From Vicugna vicugna (Eukaryota): a stretch of 64,000 nt of DNA. The position numbers were made by a program, and so were the translations under genes. The notes beneath the pieces are model-generated. The model was given only the letters and a program-made list of their open reading frames with translations, did no database searches and was not told the DNA's origin. Shown piece after piece: positions 38,299 through 50,180 of the stretch (its first letter is position 1; the number at the start of each line of letters is the position of its first letter). The stretch covers positions 7,812,302 to 7,876,301 of the forward strand of contig MU058065.1 of the NCBI GenBank assembly GCA_013265495.1. Reading direction: 5' to 3'.

Positions 38299-38774
38299 TG
38301 TGTTTCATGCTCACTAATCCCAGGGGCTAAATTTGTATGACCTTGATCTTCATTTTTCCCTCTTTATATGGATCTCCATTTTTTTAAATTCCTTTTTTCT
38401 ATTACTAGTTTCATTCTTGGGAAACAGAAGGGACAAAAGATCATTAAGTCCTTTCCAATTCTGTCACTCAATAGCTCGAGCCTTTTTTTGATCAGACGTT
38501 CTTCAAAGCGTTTGGTAATCATTGAAATTCCAAGAATCCTAACACTCATCCAGCCTACCCTTTTCCACATAGTCACAGAAACTTGAACATAGAATGCTTG
38601 GTAATTCATTAGCTACATGGATAAACAAAAATAAAACAAGTGATGATAAATTCAGAACCTTTGAAAATCCAGTTAAATATCGCTGCATTGGGACTCTTTT
38701 CTAAGAATCCATTCCATATGTTTTATGTGTGCACACGTGTACACACAGGTGTGGGTGTGTGCTCTTTTCAGCTA

Positions 38775-39093
38775 CAGTCAGGCCTTGTTTTATTGTGTAT
38801 CACTTTATTGTGCTTCACAGACATTGCATTTTTTTACATGTTGAAAGCTTGCAGCAACCCTGCATCAAGCAAGTCTATTGGCCCCATTTTTCCAACAGCA
38901 CTTGCTCTCTTTGTGTCCTTATGTCACATTTTTAGACATAATGCTATGCACACTTAGTAAACTAAAGCATGGTGTAAACATAACTTTTATATGAACCAGG
39001 AAACCAAGAAATTCACATGACTCGCTTTATTGTGATATTTGCTTTACTGTGGTAGTCTGGAACCAAACCTGCAGTATCTCCGAGGTGCGTATG
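38775..39093. mobile_element. Tigger1-derived internally deleted element (Tigger1a-like)
   Basis: TA target sites at both ends (38773-38774, 39094-39095). Internal ttttattg..ctttattgtgcttcacaga..caaccctgcatcaagcaagtctattgg..gtctggaaccaaacctgcagtatctccgagg. Confidence 0.85.
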
Positions 39094-39329
39094 TATAAAG
39101 AAGCATTATCAGAATAAAGGAGACAAGGAATCCAAGATGAACATCATTCATCTCTCTTCTACTCAAGTGGAATATCCCCTAATCTGTCTGAAATAAACAG
39201 AGGTCTCCACTGCCCTAAACGTTCTCTAAGCAATAAGATTTTATGAACTCTCTTAGTCACCTGCTCCCAGGTCATTGTCAAAGTTCGCCCTGAATGCTCT
39301 TTAACACTGCTCATGAGGCTACAGGTCCA

Positions 39330-39572
39330 TCAAACCTCTCTGAAAAACAATTTGAAAAAAATGTATTAAGTCTTAAGGATGCCATCCTCTTTGACCCTAT
39401 AATTTCACTTCTACAGTTGTACCCTGAGAAAATATGAAGTACTGATAATACTGAATAAGTAGGTAGATCTTTGTATACATTTTTAAATAAGAGCAAATCA
39501 TAAATGCACTAAATATAGGTTGTTGGTTAACTAGATTATGTAAATCCAAATAACAGAATGTTATGCAGTCAT

Positions 39573-39618
<46 letters not shown>

Positions 39619-39640
39619 AAATGTGAAATGTTAAAATGAT
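39330..39640 (+). mobile_element. L1ME-like 3' fragment with embedded (TA)n(CA)n microsatellite
   Basis: ctttgaccctataatttcacttcta..taccctgagaaaata..tggttaa.tagattatg..aacagaatgttatgcagtcatta, with (TA)n at 39574-39610. Confidence 0.6.
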
Positions 39641-39719
39641 ACCTTTTCTGCCTCATTTTTGGCTGAGGCTCTAAAAGAGCAGAGAACAAAATAACAGGGA
39701 GTAAGTATTTCTCCTTACC

Positions 39720-39961
39720 AGCCTGGGAAGGAGGCAGCTAACATTCTCAAGGGAAACCTTCAACTAGTAGGATGGGACGTCAGTGGATGAAAGCTCCAGC
39801 CCTTGACAGTGATCAATTCAGTAATGCATTCCTTATTCTCTCCCTTCCCTGCCCCACACACCCTATCCTCACTCCTGCTCCCTCAAATCTACTTCCCAGT
39901 ATAAAACCTGCACTCAGGTCCTTCTCTCAGGCTCTGTTGGAAGGTGAATAAAACTAAGTCA
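39720..39961 (+). mobile_element. LTR33-like ERVL LTR fragment
   Basis: tctcccttccctgcc..ctcactcctgctccct..acttcccag..aacctgcactcaggtcctt.tctcaggctctg..aaactaagtca. Confidence 0.5.
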
Positions 39962-40849
39962 CCCACAAGACCTAGTACCCTCCTGAACTCAGGCTTTTGG
40001 ATACCAAAAACTCAGGAAGGAGGTTATCTTCAAAGAGTTGGTGTTTCATCCCCAATCCTAAGCAAGGAAACAAAATGAAAATACGGCTCTCTGCTTCAAA
40101 CAAGGGAAGAGACATGCACACAAGATACATACCAACTAATGATTCAGGGACTTATCCCATCACAACATTGTCATCATCACTCACATTATTGCTGTCAAAC
40201 ACCAAAGACACAGAAGTCAGACACGGTCCTTGCCAGTCTGGGATTCACAACTCTGGAAAAGGACTCAAGGGCTAGAACCTGTTTAAGACAATCTTTCTGC
40301 TGGATGCAATTATGTGGCTACCCCAGCTATCTAGAGGGGACAATGTTTTAGAGGCTGTGGGGAGATACCCACCAAGAGATATCATGCTGAGTGCCAGGGG
40401 TGCTCTTATTCCCGATATGGAACCCAGTTCACAGCCAGACAGATAGCTGGCTCTCATCTCTCCTTCCTCATGCACTCTCAACTACGCTTCAGGAAAAAGG
40501 AGGGATTCTGAGGTTAGGAATGAAGTGGCCCTGATAATGTGTGCTCCCAGGGACCTGAATCAGATTCCAAAGAGAAGGAGGCTGCCCTGTACACAATCCT
40601 AGATTCTTACCCTTGGCTCCCCTGTCTAGAACATCAAACCAGCCTCTGGACTGTTTGATAAATGTGGGCAAGAGAGAAAAAGAATCAACAGGGTCAGTAG
40701 TGGTAGATCTCAAATGTTGACAGAGGTTAGTTACAAAGTCAATGTCTTCAGGTCCAGGCTGGTAATATAAGTGAAAAAGGCAGAGATTTGTGGAGATGGC
40801 AGCAAACTGAAGAGGGCATGCCCCATCTAAAAGGTACATCTGAACTCCA

Positions 40850-41040
40850 GTCAGCTGGGATCCAGTGCTGCTAAATAAAATTTTAAGTGCAACTACGAAG
40901 TCAAAAATCTAGATTTTACATGAAAGCTGCTGATTCCACAGATGGCAACTAGTTCAAATGCTTTTTACCCACCCCATGTCGGTTTGCATAGCTGTCAAAG
41001 AAAACACATTTGTGGACTATGTCAGCTCTGAGATCAACCA
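40850..41040. mobile_element. MER103C-like hAT-Charlie fragment
   Basis: aaatctagattttacatgaaa.ct.ctgatt..atggcaactagttcaaat..aaaacacatttgtgg. Confidence 0.55.
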
Positions 41041-42239
41041 TATGGACATACGTTATGGGAGTACAATAATCCATTGTAATTAAAGAATTATTAAAAGCCG
41101 TAGTAGCAGACAACTATACGGGAAGAATGGAGAAAAGAAATGAGTTGTGAAAGGGAAAAAGGGACTGGCCTCAAATTCATAAGCTTATGAACTTTAATCG
41201 GGGCTAATTTCACACCTGCCATTATGAGGCGTAAAGGGTAATGGTGAAGTATTACAACCACATTGCATCACTGACCCTACGAATACTCAGTCAGCCGCTT
41301 TCCTCCTCTCACTGGCTTAGCTGCCTGACGAACACCCCATTCAGGACCAGTAGTCTCTGTGCCCCAGCCCCACCCCTCAACTCCCACAAAACGACCCTTT
41401 CTAAGAAATGTAAAACTATCACCAAAACAAGCAGAAAGATGCGTAAAGACATCCGGGAAGAGGCAAAGACCTGGGAACAGAAGGGATAAGGTAGCACCAG
41501 GGCCAGCGAAACTCTTTGGAAAAGGAAGAGTAAGGTTGACACTTAAGACCCAAAGAAGTAAGATCAGGGCAATCCCTGCCTCTGCACTCTCCCCACCCAC
41601 CACCAACCCCCGAGAGCAGGGAGAATACTCTTTTGCCTCTGTCTTTCTGTGATTTTTAAGTTAATCATTCAACCTGTTTCAATTGTAAAATCGAGATTAT
41701 GGTTACCTCAGTAGTACCACTGAGAAAAATAATGGTTAGCATAAGCTCTAGACATTTTCGTAAAGTCCTGTGGAACACGGCCATGGGCATTCACTTACTA
41801 TGACTGCTTTCACCCACAGAAACTAAAACATACTCTCCCACCCTTGGCTTCCAAGTGGCCCTCTCAGGTAGTCCTATCACCTTACATGACTCACAAAAGC
41901 TACTGTGAGGTGTGACTTGTGATTTCTCACTCATGCAGGACTTTTATCAATAACTATTGAATGCCTTGGACACTGAACACACTTATTTCAAGGGTTGGGC
42001 TCCTGGTAGGCAGATCTCCCTGCACTGTTACTTTGACTCTAGACTGTAAGTTCTTGGGGGGCACGTACATATCAACAGGGCCAGTTCTGTGTAAATCGGC
42101 CCAAATGGTGAGTGTGGTGTAGACAAGTGACACCTGAATGAAGCTGGGAAGGCTACTGACTTCCTATGCTTTTGCCTTCTCCCCAAAGCGATGCCAGTGT
42201 ATGCAAAGCATACTACTATGACACACTATGGCTAGATTT

Positions 42240-42442
42240 ACTATAACATATTACTGCAACACACCACCACAAGATAGTCAGTGATATAATCATAACGTAT
42301 TACTATAAGGTACCAAATATACTCAAACATATTACTACAATTTAGTACCACAAGATATACTTACGATATAAGATATTACTGCAACATAGCATTGCAAGAT
42401 ATACTTATATCTAATAACATAACTCTATCATATTATTGTAAA
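42240..42442. repeat. Degenerate AT-rich minisatellite (~30-55 bp units)
   Basis: Recurrent (c/g)atattact(g/a)caa…(c/g)caagata(t/g) blocks start near 42248, 42298, 42328, 42372 and 42429. Confidence 0.65.
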
Positions 42443-44692
42443 ATGCCTCTGCTCCTGGACCCAGGGACACCTGCCATAATGTCTTCAAACCACCATCTCT
42501 TCTCAGCTCCACAAAAGGGCCAAATGTGATCACACAAGAGCAAAGGCAACCGTCAGAGAAACCCATGGTCTATCAGGAACAAGAAACTCATCAATGTCAA
42601 GGAGACATGACAAAACCCTCAGGCCTGTCTAAGTTAGCAGTTCCATCTCCTTTTCCAGTTTCTGCATCTTTCATGTTGCAAGGTTAGAGAGAAGAACTGA
42701 ATTTTGAGGCCTCAGTCTTATAAACGAGCTTTAGCCTTGCTGGACTGTGATTTTTAAAAACTGCATTTATGGTCCCTGGCAGGGATGATGGGGTGGGGAG
42801 TGGGCAGGCTGTGCTTCCCAGAACATTTGCAGTTTAACAGTAATGAGTAGAGGGAAGGAGATAACATAGCACCTTTATGTGAATTACACAAGGTCAATTC
42901 CACAAGGGATTCCACACAGCTATCAGAATTACTTGTCTCCAAAGAGCCCTAACACCACATTGTATCCAAAGCATACTGTTGGGAGAAGTTTGAGAATGTT
43001 GTCCTTTAAAAAGTTTCAAATACACATAAGCCAATCTAGGTCGATGTTTTATTTTTCCCTTCCTTGTGTTTGCAGTTCCTAGGCTTTGTGATGGCATGAC
43101 CTAGGCTTGTTTCTAGAAAAAAAAATGGGCATCTTCATGACTAAATTACCAACAAAAGAAACTAGAGGTGTGAGATGATGGTAATCCGGTTGCAGGTTTT
43201 CTGGGTGTTGTACCTGCCAGCCCAGCCAGCTTAGGTCCATCAAATAAAGTAAGCTCTTTTCATATCCAGAAAGCGTCACAACCTATCCCCAGACCACAAC
43301 TCAAACATACATTTCACCAGCAAATCTCTTAAACAGGAACAAAGGAGAAAACATATTTCCTCCTGGCTCTCTCGGTTTTCCCTCTACCCATCACACCCCT
43401 GTTATCCTGTTACATGAAAAAGGGGGGCCATTCTCCAGGCTGCCACAGGTCACTCTTCAGCTTAACAAAAACATCACTTGTTGGTGAAAGGAGAGAAATT
43501 TTATTCAGAGGCCCTGGGCAGGGAGGAAAAATCAAAGATGATTATGGTGGTCTTGGGCCTACACCTAAAGAGGCTTTTCTTTCGGCTGCCCATGAGAGAA
43601 AGTGTGACACAGAAAGACATGGATTCAATCAGCTTCTTCAACCAGGGCATTGGCATATGCTGTTGACTAAAGAGACAAGAATGAGAAAATGTAAGATTTA
43701 CACTCAAGAAACCCGTTTGTTTCTCATATAGGGGCCTCCCCAGCTCAGTTTCCCAGAGACTCCATCAGACTTAAGGTTTCCAAGAGTTTGAGAAACCTAC
43801 CTTCACAGGTAGGTCCAGAGGTTTTATCAACCTCTCTAGTGAATGGGCAAGATTAGAGGGAGGCTCTACAGTGTAGCGAAGACAAACAAAGAACACAAGG
43901 TCCGGTTCTCTGCAGGAGGAAGAAGGAGGGATAGGTTTTCAGGGGGAGAAGGAGACAGTCCTAAGGAAGAGTGGGAGACAGTCTTTGGAGGGTGAATGGA
44001 GAGCTCTGCTTTGACAGAAGCATGGCATTTTGGAACACCTGCCAAGATAGGATGACAGTCCTCAGGTCTGGCAGTCCCCTTTCTTAATCAGAAAATCTCA
44101 TCAATACCTTGGCTTCCAGGTTTTTTTCTGGCATAACTTCTTAACTTTCTGTCTCAGTGGTAAATCCTTCAGATGGCATGCTGAACGCTTACATCTACAA
44201 GATTTCACCATCCTCTGACATTTCCCAACTCTGGCCAGCAGCAGGGTCCTTGTTGAATCAGCAGCCTCTGTCAGCTCCCCCTCCCCTACCCCAAGTCCAT
44301 TTGTCCAAAGCAGCCCACTCATCACTCCTTTTATATATGGAGACAAGTGGCCATGATGTGGCCTCCTAGTAAAAGGACCTAATGACTGATGATTGTCATA
44401 ATGGCTGAGAGTCAACATGAGAGTTTGGTTGGGTAGTTGGGGACTATTGATTCATTTGGATAAAATCAAGAAAGCACCTATTAGGACTGCTAAAATCAGC
44501 CGGTTGCCTATCAGTATAGCCATGGGAACCACCTTGAATGATACAAACCAAGTAAAAGTCCCCCTGCCCTGCAGACACAAGTGAAGCACCATCAAAGCCC
44601 TCATCTGCTGGCATACTTAGGTATGCATTCTTGGTTCCATCTTCGTATTTCAAGAAAGAGCTCTTTAGCAAGGACTTGAACAACATGGAATT

Positions 44693-44897
44693 TTAAAATT
44701 AATTTATTGAACTATAATTGACATACAATAAGCTTCATGTATCTTAAGTGTTCAATTTGATAACTTGACATAGGTACGCACCCCTGAACCTACTACCACA
44801 AACCAAGATATAAGCATACTGTCTACTCGCAAAAGTTTCTCTGTGTCTCTTTGTAATCTCATCTTCCTGCTCCTTTCTAGCCCCCACTCAAATCCCC
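44693..44897 (-). mobile_element. L1MC/MD-type LINE-1 3' terminus
   Basis: tttattga..tataattgacatacaataa.ct.ca..tat.ttaagtg..caatttgat..aaaagtttc..tgtgtctctttgtaatc. 14-bp TSD aacaacatggaatt (44679-44692) / aataatgtggaatt (44898-44911). Confidence 0.75.
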
Positions 44898-45312
44898 AAT
44901 AATGTGGAATTCAAAGCTTTGGTCCAACTCATCTTTTTCTTGTACTACCCCTGTCCCATCCCCCAGAACCTCACAGAAATATAGCTTCAGTCTCAAGAAA
45001 CTCAATGTCTAGGAAGAGAAGACATGCATAGAAATTTAAAAAAAAAATCTTGACAGGATCTGGTAAATGATATAAAATGTGTTCAAAAGATTAATAAAGG
45101 GAGTTCACTGAAGAAGTTGTCATAGAATTTAGGGCCTGTGTTTTGAACTTTGAAAGTTACATAGGAATTTAATAAATTAAAATACTGGAAAAAATATTAC
45201 AAGTAAGAAACTGAATTTCCCATGAGCACCTGTACTTTTTCTACTTTTTGAATAACCCAACTTGACTAGAATAGCAGAGGTTGCCTGAGGAAGCAAATAA
45301 AAGACCTGGCTA

Positions 45313-46490
45313 GGAATACATATATGAAATGGCAGAAAATATTTGCAAACAATGCAACTGATATGGGATTAATTTCCAAAATGTACAAACAACTCATACA
45401 GCTCAATAGCCAAACAAATAAACAAATGAACACCTAATCAAAATATGGGCAGAAGACCTAAATAGACATTTCTCCAAAGAAAGCACACAGATAGCCAATA
45501 GGCACATGAAAAGATGCTCAACATCGCTAATTATTACAGAAATGCAAATCAAAACTACAGTGAGGTATCACTTCACACCAGTCAGAATGGCCATCATTAG
45601 AAAGTTTACAAATAATAGATACTGGAGAGGGTGTGGAGAAAAGGGATCCCTTCTACACTGTTGGTGAAAATGTAATTTGGTGCAGCCACTATGAAGAACA
45701 GTATGGAGGTTCCTTAAAAAACTAAAATTAGAGTTACCAAATAATCCAGCAATCCTACTCCTGGGCATATCTCCAGAATAGACAAAAACCTTAATTCGAA
45801 AAGATGCATACATCCCAATGCTCATAACAGTTTTATTCACACTAGTCAAGGCATGGAGGCAACCTAAATGTCCATTGACAGATAAATGGATAAAGAAGAT
45901 GTAGTGTATATATACAATGGACTATTACTCAGCCATTAAAATGAATGAAATAATGTCATTTGTAGCAACATGGATGGACCTAGAGAATATCATACTAAGT
46001 AAATAAGTCAAAAATAGAAAGACAAATAACATTTATCATTTATATATTGAATCTAAAAAAATGGCACAAATGAACTTATTTATAAAACAGAAACAGACTC
46101 ACAAACATAGAAAACAAACTTGTGATTACCAAAGGAGAAAGGAAGTAGGAGAGGAATAAATTAGGAGTTAAGTTAGATAGACACTACTGTAAGTTAGATA
46201 CACACTACTATATATAAAATACGTAAACAACAAGGTCTTACTGTATAGAACAAGGAACTATATTCAATATCTTTTTTCATTTTCATATATTCAATATCTT
46301 ATAGTAACCCACAATAAAAAAGTATCTGAAAAAAGTATATACACATATACATAAAAAATATACGTGTGTGTGTGTATATATATATGTATGTATGTGTGTA
46401 TATATATATAACTGAATCACTTTACTGTACACCTGAAACAAACACAACATTGTAAATCAACTATATTTCAATTAAAAATAAACTTTTTAA
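45313..46490 (+). mobile_element. 5'-truncated cetartiodactyl-type LINE-1 (ORF2 C-terminus + 3'UTR) inside an L2
   Basis: Same family as 21520-22490 (tgggcagaagacctaaatagacatttctccaa..tactcagccattaaaa..aacacaacattgtaaatcaactata). TSD aaaagacctggcta (45299-45312) / aaaatatgtggcta (46491-46504). Confidence 0.92.
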
Positions 46491-47809
46491 AAAATATGTG
46501 GCTAAAAAGTGAAGTTGGAGTTCGGAAGGCTGATATGAAAACTGAAGATGAACTATACCTTGCAGACAGTAAGGAGTTTCCCAAACACGTCAAAAGAGTG
46601 ACATGATTAGTCTTGCTTTAGGAAGTTTGGATAATCGTTTGCATGAATAAAGAGACTCAAGCAGCCTCCACAATAATGTAGTCCAAAGGTAATAAACAAG
46701 GTTTGATCAAGGGCTGCCAACCTAGAGCGAAAAAAAAGAGGGGGGGGCATCATAAAGGAAGACTCAACAAAGACTGGAAAGGAGAGCAAAAAGTCCAAGG
46801 ACACCTGGATTTTAAGCCTAAGTAATACGGCTTTTGGATGGTGCCACACAGCAGGGAGAGGCTGGCAGGGAGGCCCCAAGAGATAAGCCATCTCCTCTCT
46901 TCCTTTAAAATCTGGTTTCAAGCACACTTCCTGAGCAAAGGCCTGGTTCACCCTCTCCAAGAGGGTCACCTTCACATGGAGACAAAGGAGATGATAATCC
47001 AAGCACCCTCCACAGTCCCTCTAATCTCCTGCCTCTTGCAAACTCTAAGAGGCTGGGAATTCTACAGTCTCCCCTCCTACAGTTCTTTTTAACTTAAGAT
47101 CTACAGCTTGAATCCCAAGGAGGGCAACAAAGTTTGGGAAGAGAGAGGAAGAAAGAGAGGGAGGTAGTTATATTTTAACTATGTGTGCATATCTGCAAAG
47201 CTGAGTTTAATTTCTCCTATGTCCTCTTTTCCTTGTCAAAAGTTACTAACAATCAGACTGTTTCCATACTCAAAGCACTCAAATCCTCAAGGCAAAGGGA
47301 TAGGAGTATATGATTGTAATGCATGTCCTAGAGATGGCTTAATAGAGCAATTCATTTATTCATCCAAACTTGTATTGAGTATCTGGAGTTCTTTCCCTAT
47401 CTCATTTCTTGCCCTTTGTGTTTCTGTATTCTTTCCTACACACTCATGGAGGCATGGGTCAGTGTGAGAAATGGGCAAAAAAGAAGTGATGGAGATGTTT
47501 TCATGGGATTCCAAATCATGACTAAAATATGCTCAAGAACTCACCAGCCTAGGTACATACTAACATGGAATCCTCTCCCCCCACCTCCTAAACACCAACA
47601 GCTTGAATAAATCTTTCCTTTTTGAACAAGATGTCCTTATTCAAGAACTTTATTTTGATAAACAATATGGATCCACTCTCAATTAGCAAGGATCTACTGA
47701 AAACCTCTTGTGTTCTAGACTATCCTTGTGCTAAATAGTTTTTTAAAAAGAATATAAAATATATAAGAAACAATCTTATATGAGAAATTATTACAGTTTC
47801 TTACACGAG

Positions 47810-47990
47810 AAGACCCCAGCTCCTTCGTTTACTAGCTGTGAGACCTTGGGCAGGTTACCTAACCAACCTGATTCTGGAACACGGAATAGCTGTAGCCACC
47901 TCACAGGGCTGATATAAGGATAAAATGGGTTAATATCTACACAGTACTTACCATATTCCAAGCCCCATTCCAGGCACACGCTATTGTCTT
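47810..47990 (+). mobile_element. MIR SINE
   Basis: cccagctcc..tttactagctgtgagaccttgggcaggttacctaacc..acctcacagggctg..aggataaaatg. Confidence 0.75.
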
Positions 47991-48559
47991 GGCTCTGTAC
48001 TCCCAGAGTGTAAGGTGCACACGAAGGAAGCACAGAGATGAAGTAACAAGGACCAGTCAGGACTGGATGTTCACCCCAAGTTGCAGACTTGTCTACACTG
48101 GAAAGAGGCAGTAGAGGTCAGGTAAGGGTGAAGGGCACATGAGTATAGTGAGACTAGAAGAACAAAGAGAAGCCCTTTTATTTTTTATGGCAAAGCAATA
48201 GTGGTTGAATAAGTACTCCACTTTTGAGAAGTTTGGAGAGGATGGTTGCTAGAGAGAGGCATACTATTCTCTTCTCAAAAACAACCTTCACCCTCCTCCA
48301 CCTCATCTCCTGTCTCTCTTCTACTCACTGCACTCCTGACCACACCTCCCCTACCCTGTCTCTGCAGGAACTTTTAAGTGTCCAATGCTCTAAGGGGTCA
48401 AATAAGCTAAGAACTGAAGAAATGGCATGAGTCTCCTCAAGTGCTCTGCACTGTGCCTGGCACTCAGTAGGTCCAATGCGTGTTACAACTGCCCCAAGTT
48501 TGGCAGCTTCCATCTTTGAATGCCTTGTTGCCACTTGGCAACTCCACTCTTCCCTGAGT

Positions 48560-49020
48560 TTTCTTCTGTTCTCTGAGTCTCCCTCCCCAGCTCTCTTCTC
48601 TGAAAAACGTAGAGGCTGATGAATTTCAGAATTTTGTCCTTAGATCATCTCATCTACTCCTATAGACTCAACTACACAAAAGTCTACCTTGCCAGTGCCA
48701 AAGTCTACATCACCACTCCCAATTGCTCTTCTGGGCTACAGTTACTTATATCCAACTTGTCCACTGGGAATCTAAGTGGACACTGGGTCTGTCCAGTAGA
48801 CATTTCAACCTGTGCAAAACTAAAATCAGTACTTTCCATCCAAATATATGTTCTGCTTCTATAACCACCTAGTAGGCATTCACTTGGGGCAGAAGTCTGA
48901 GATTCAAACTTTCCCCTCATAGCCCCCATATATCTCATCAGTCACCTCAATATTTTATAATCTACCCCTTCTTCTCCATCTCCATCACTTATTTGAGTCA
49001 GTCTCCTCTGGGCTTTAATA
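48560..49020 (+). mobile_element. L2 fragment
   Basis: gatcatctcatctactcctatag..aagtctacatcaccac..atatccaacttgtccactgg..tctacccttt.cttctccatctccatcac. Confidence 0.6.
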
Positions 49021-50007
49021 TTCAAGCCTTTTGTTCATATTTCTCATCATAGGAAACAGTAAGTAAAAGATGTCACCCCTTATGTGGTTAACCATCTCCC
49101 TCTCCCTTCCTACCATGGCAGCAAATGCGTCAGGAAATACTGTACAGAGGCACTAACATTAGGTAGATGTGGATGTAAACCCCAGCTCTACTGTTTGGAG
49201 GAATTTCCTGAAGCCTGTAGGGAAGTAATCTTCAAGAGGGCATTTAGTTTCCTCACTAGTAAAATAATAGGAAGTCCGTGTCCTTCTGGCTTTAACTAAA
49301 AGAGGATTTTTAAGACCAGGAGATATTAAATAATCTGTCCTGGTCTTAGTAAGTTTAGCAGGTCCTACTGCTCAGCCCTTCTCCTGCAGATTTGGTTGCT
49401 GACCTCATGTGGACTTTGTGATATCCCAGAAGGGGGAAGTCCAAGTCACAGTGGCTAGTTTCTTTACAGGTGTCCCCCCAGATGCCCACCTCAAGGCTCA
49501 ATACCATCTTCTGTTAAATGACCAGAAAGCCCACATCAAGCTTCTCACATCTACCATAACATCTAAAATCTACCTGCATCCTCCATGCAACCCCACTAGG
49601 CTCCAGCAATGCTGCACATCCCCTAGGACTTGGAAGCCTTCCTGCAGGAGCAAAGAAGAAAGAGTCACCAGTGATAGCATGGAGGAGGAGGAGGAGGGTG
49701 CAACTGGCAAAGCTCTTGAACGTGTGGTCCTGAGGAAGTGTAGGAGGAGTGGGGGGAGCAGTTAAAGAATGTGTGTGAGAAAAGGAGAGAGGAGGTGGTG
49801 ATGGAACCATTGCTGAAGAGGCTTCATTCATTCTCAGGCACATGGCACAGCCTAAGTGAGAAGCAGCCCACTTATAAGTATTCATCAAGCCCCCATTATG
49901 ACTAAGACATTGACCGACTCTCCCAGATTACACAGATGAATGAGATAGGGATCTTTCAGTGTGTTATATGGATGTTTACCATAAGAAGTAACCTCAGTCA
50001 GGAGGGA

Positions 50008-50180
50008 CAAAGTGGGCTTCGTGGGCACGGGACCTGTTGCAGTCACAAATGGCCCTGTGCCCAGGGGACTTTAGACTTGGTTTACACTCTGTGGTCACCA
50101 CCGTGAAAGCATTTTGTTTTAAACAATACCCCAGCATAGTCACCTTGTACTACGCCCCACAGAAAATACAGCTGGTTCTG
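50008..50180. mobile_element. MER45A-like hAT-Tip100 MITE
   Basis: ggcttcgtgggcacgggacctg.tgcagtcaca..ggccctgtgc..cttggttta..ctctg..ttgtact..gccccaca.aa.at.cagctggttctg. Confidence 0.6.

Noticed and set aside
42240..42442. Repeat-spacer appearance resembling a CRISPR array
   Set aside because: Mammalian DNA, no cas genes, and repeats too degenerate with irregular spacing; treated as a minisatellite.
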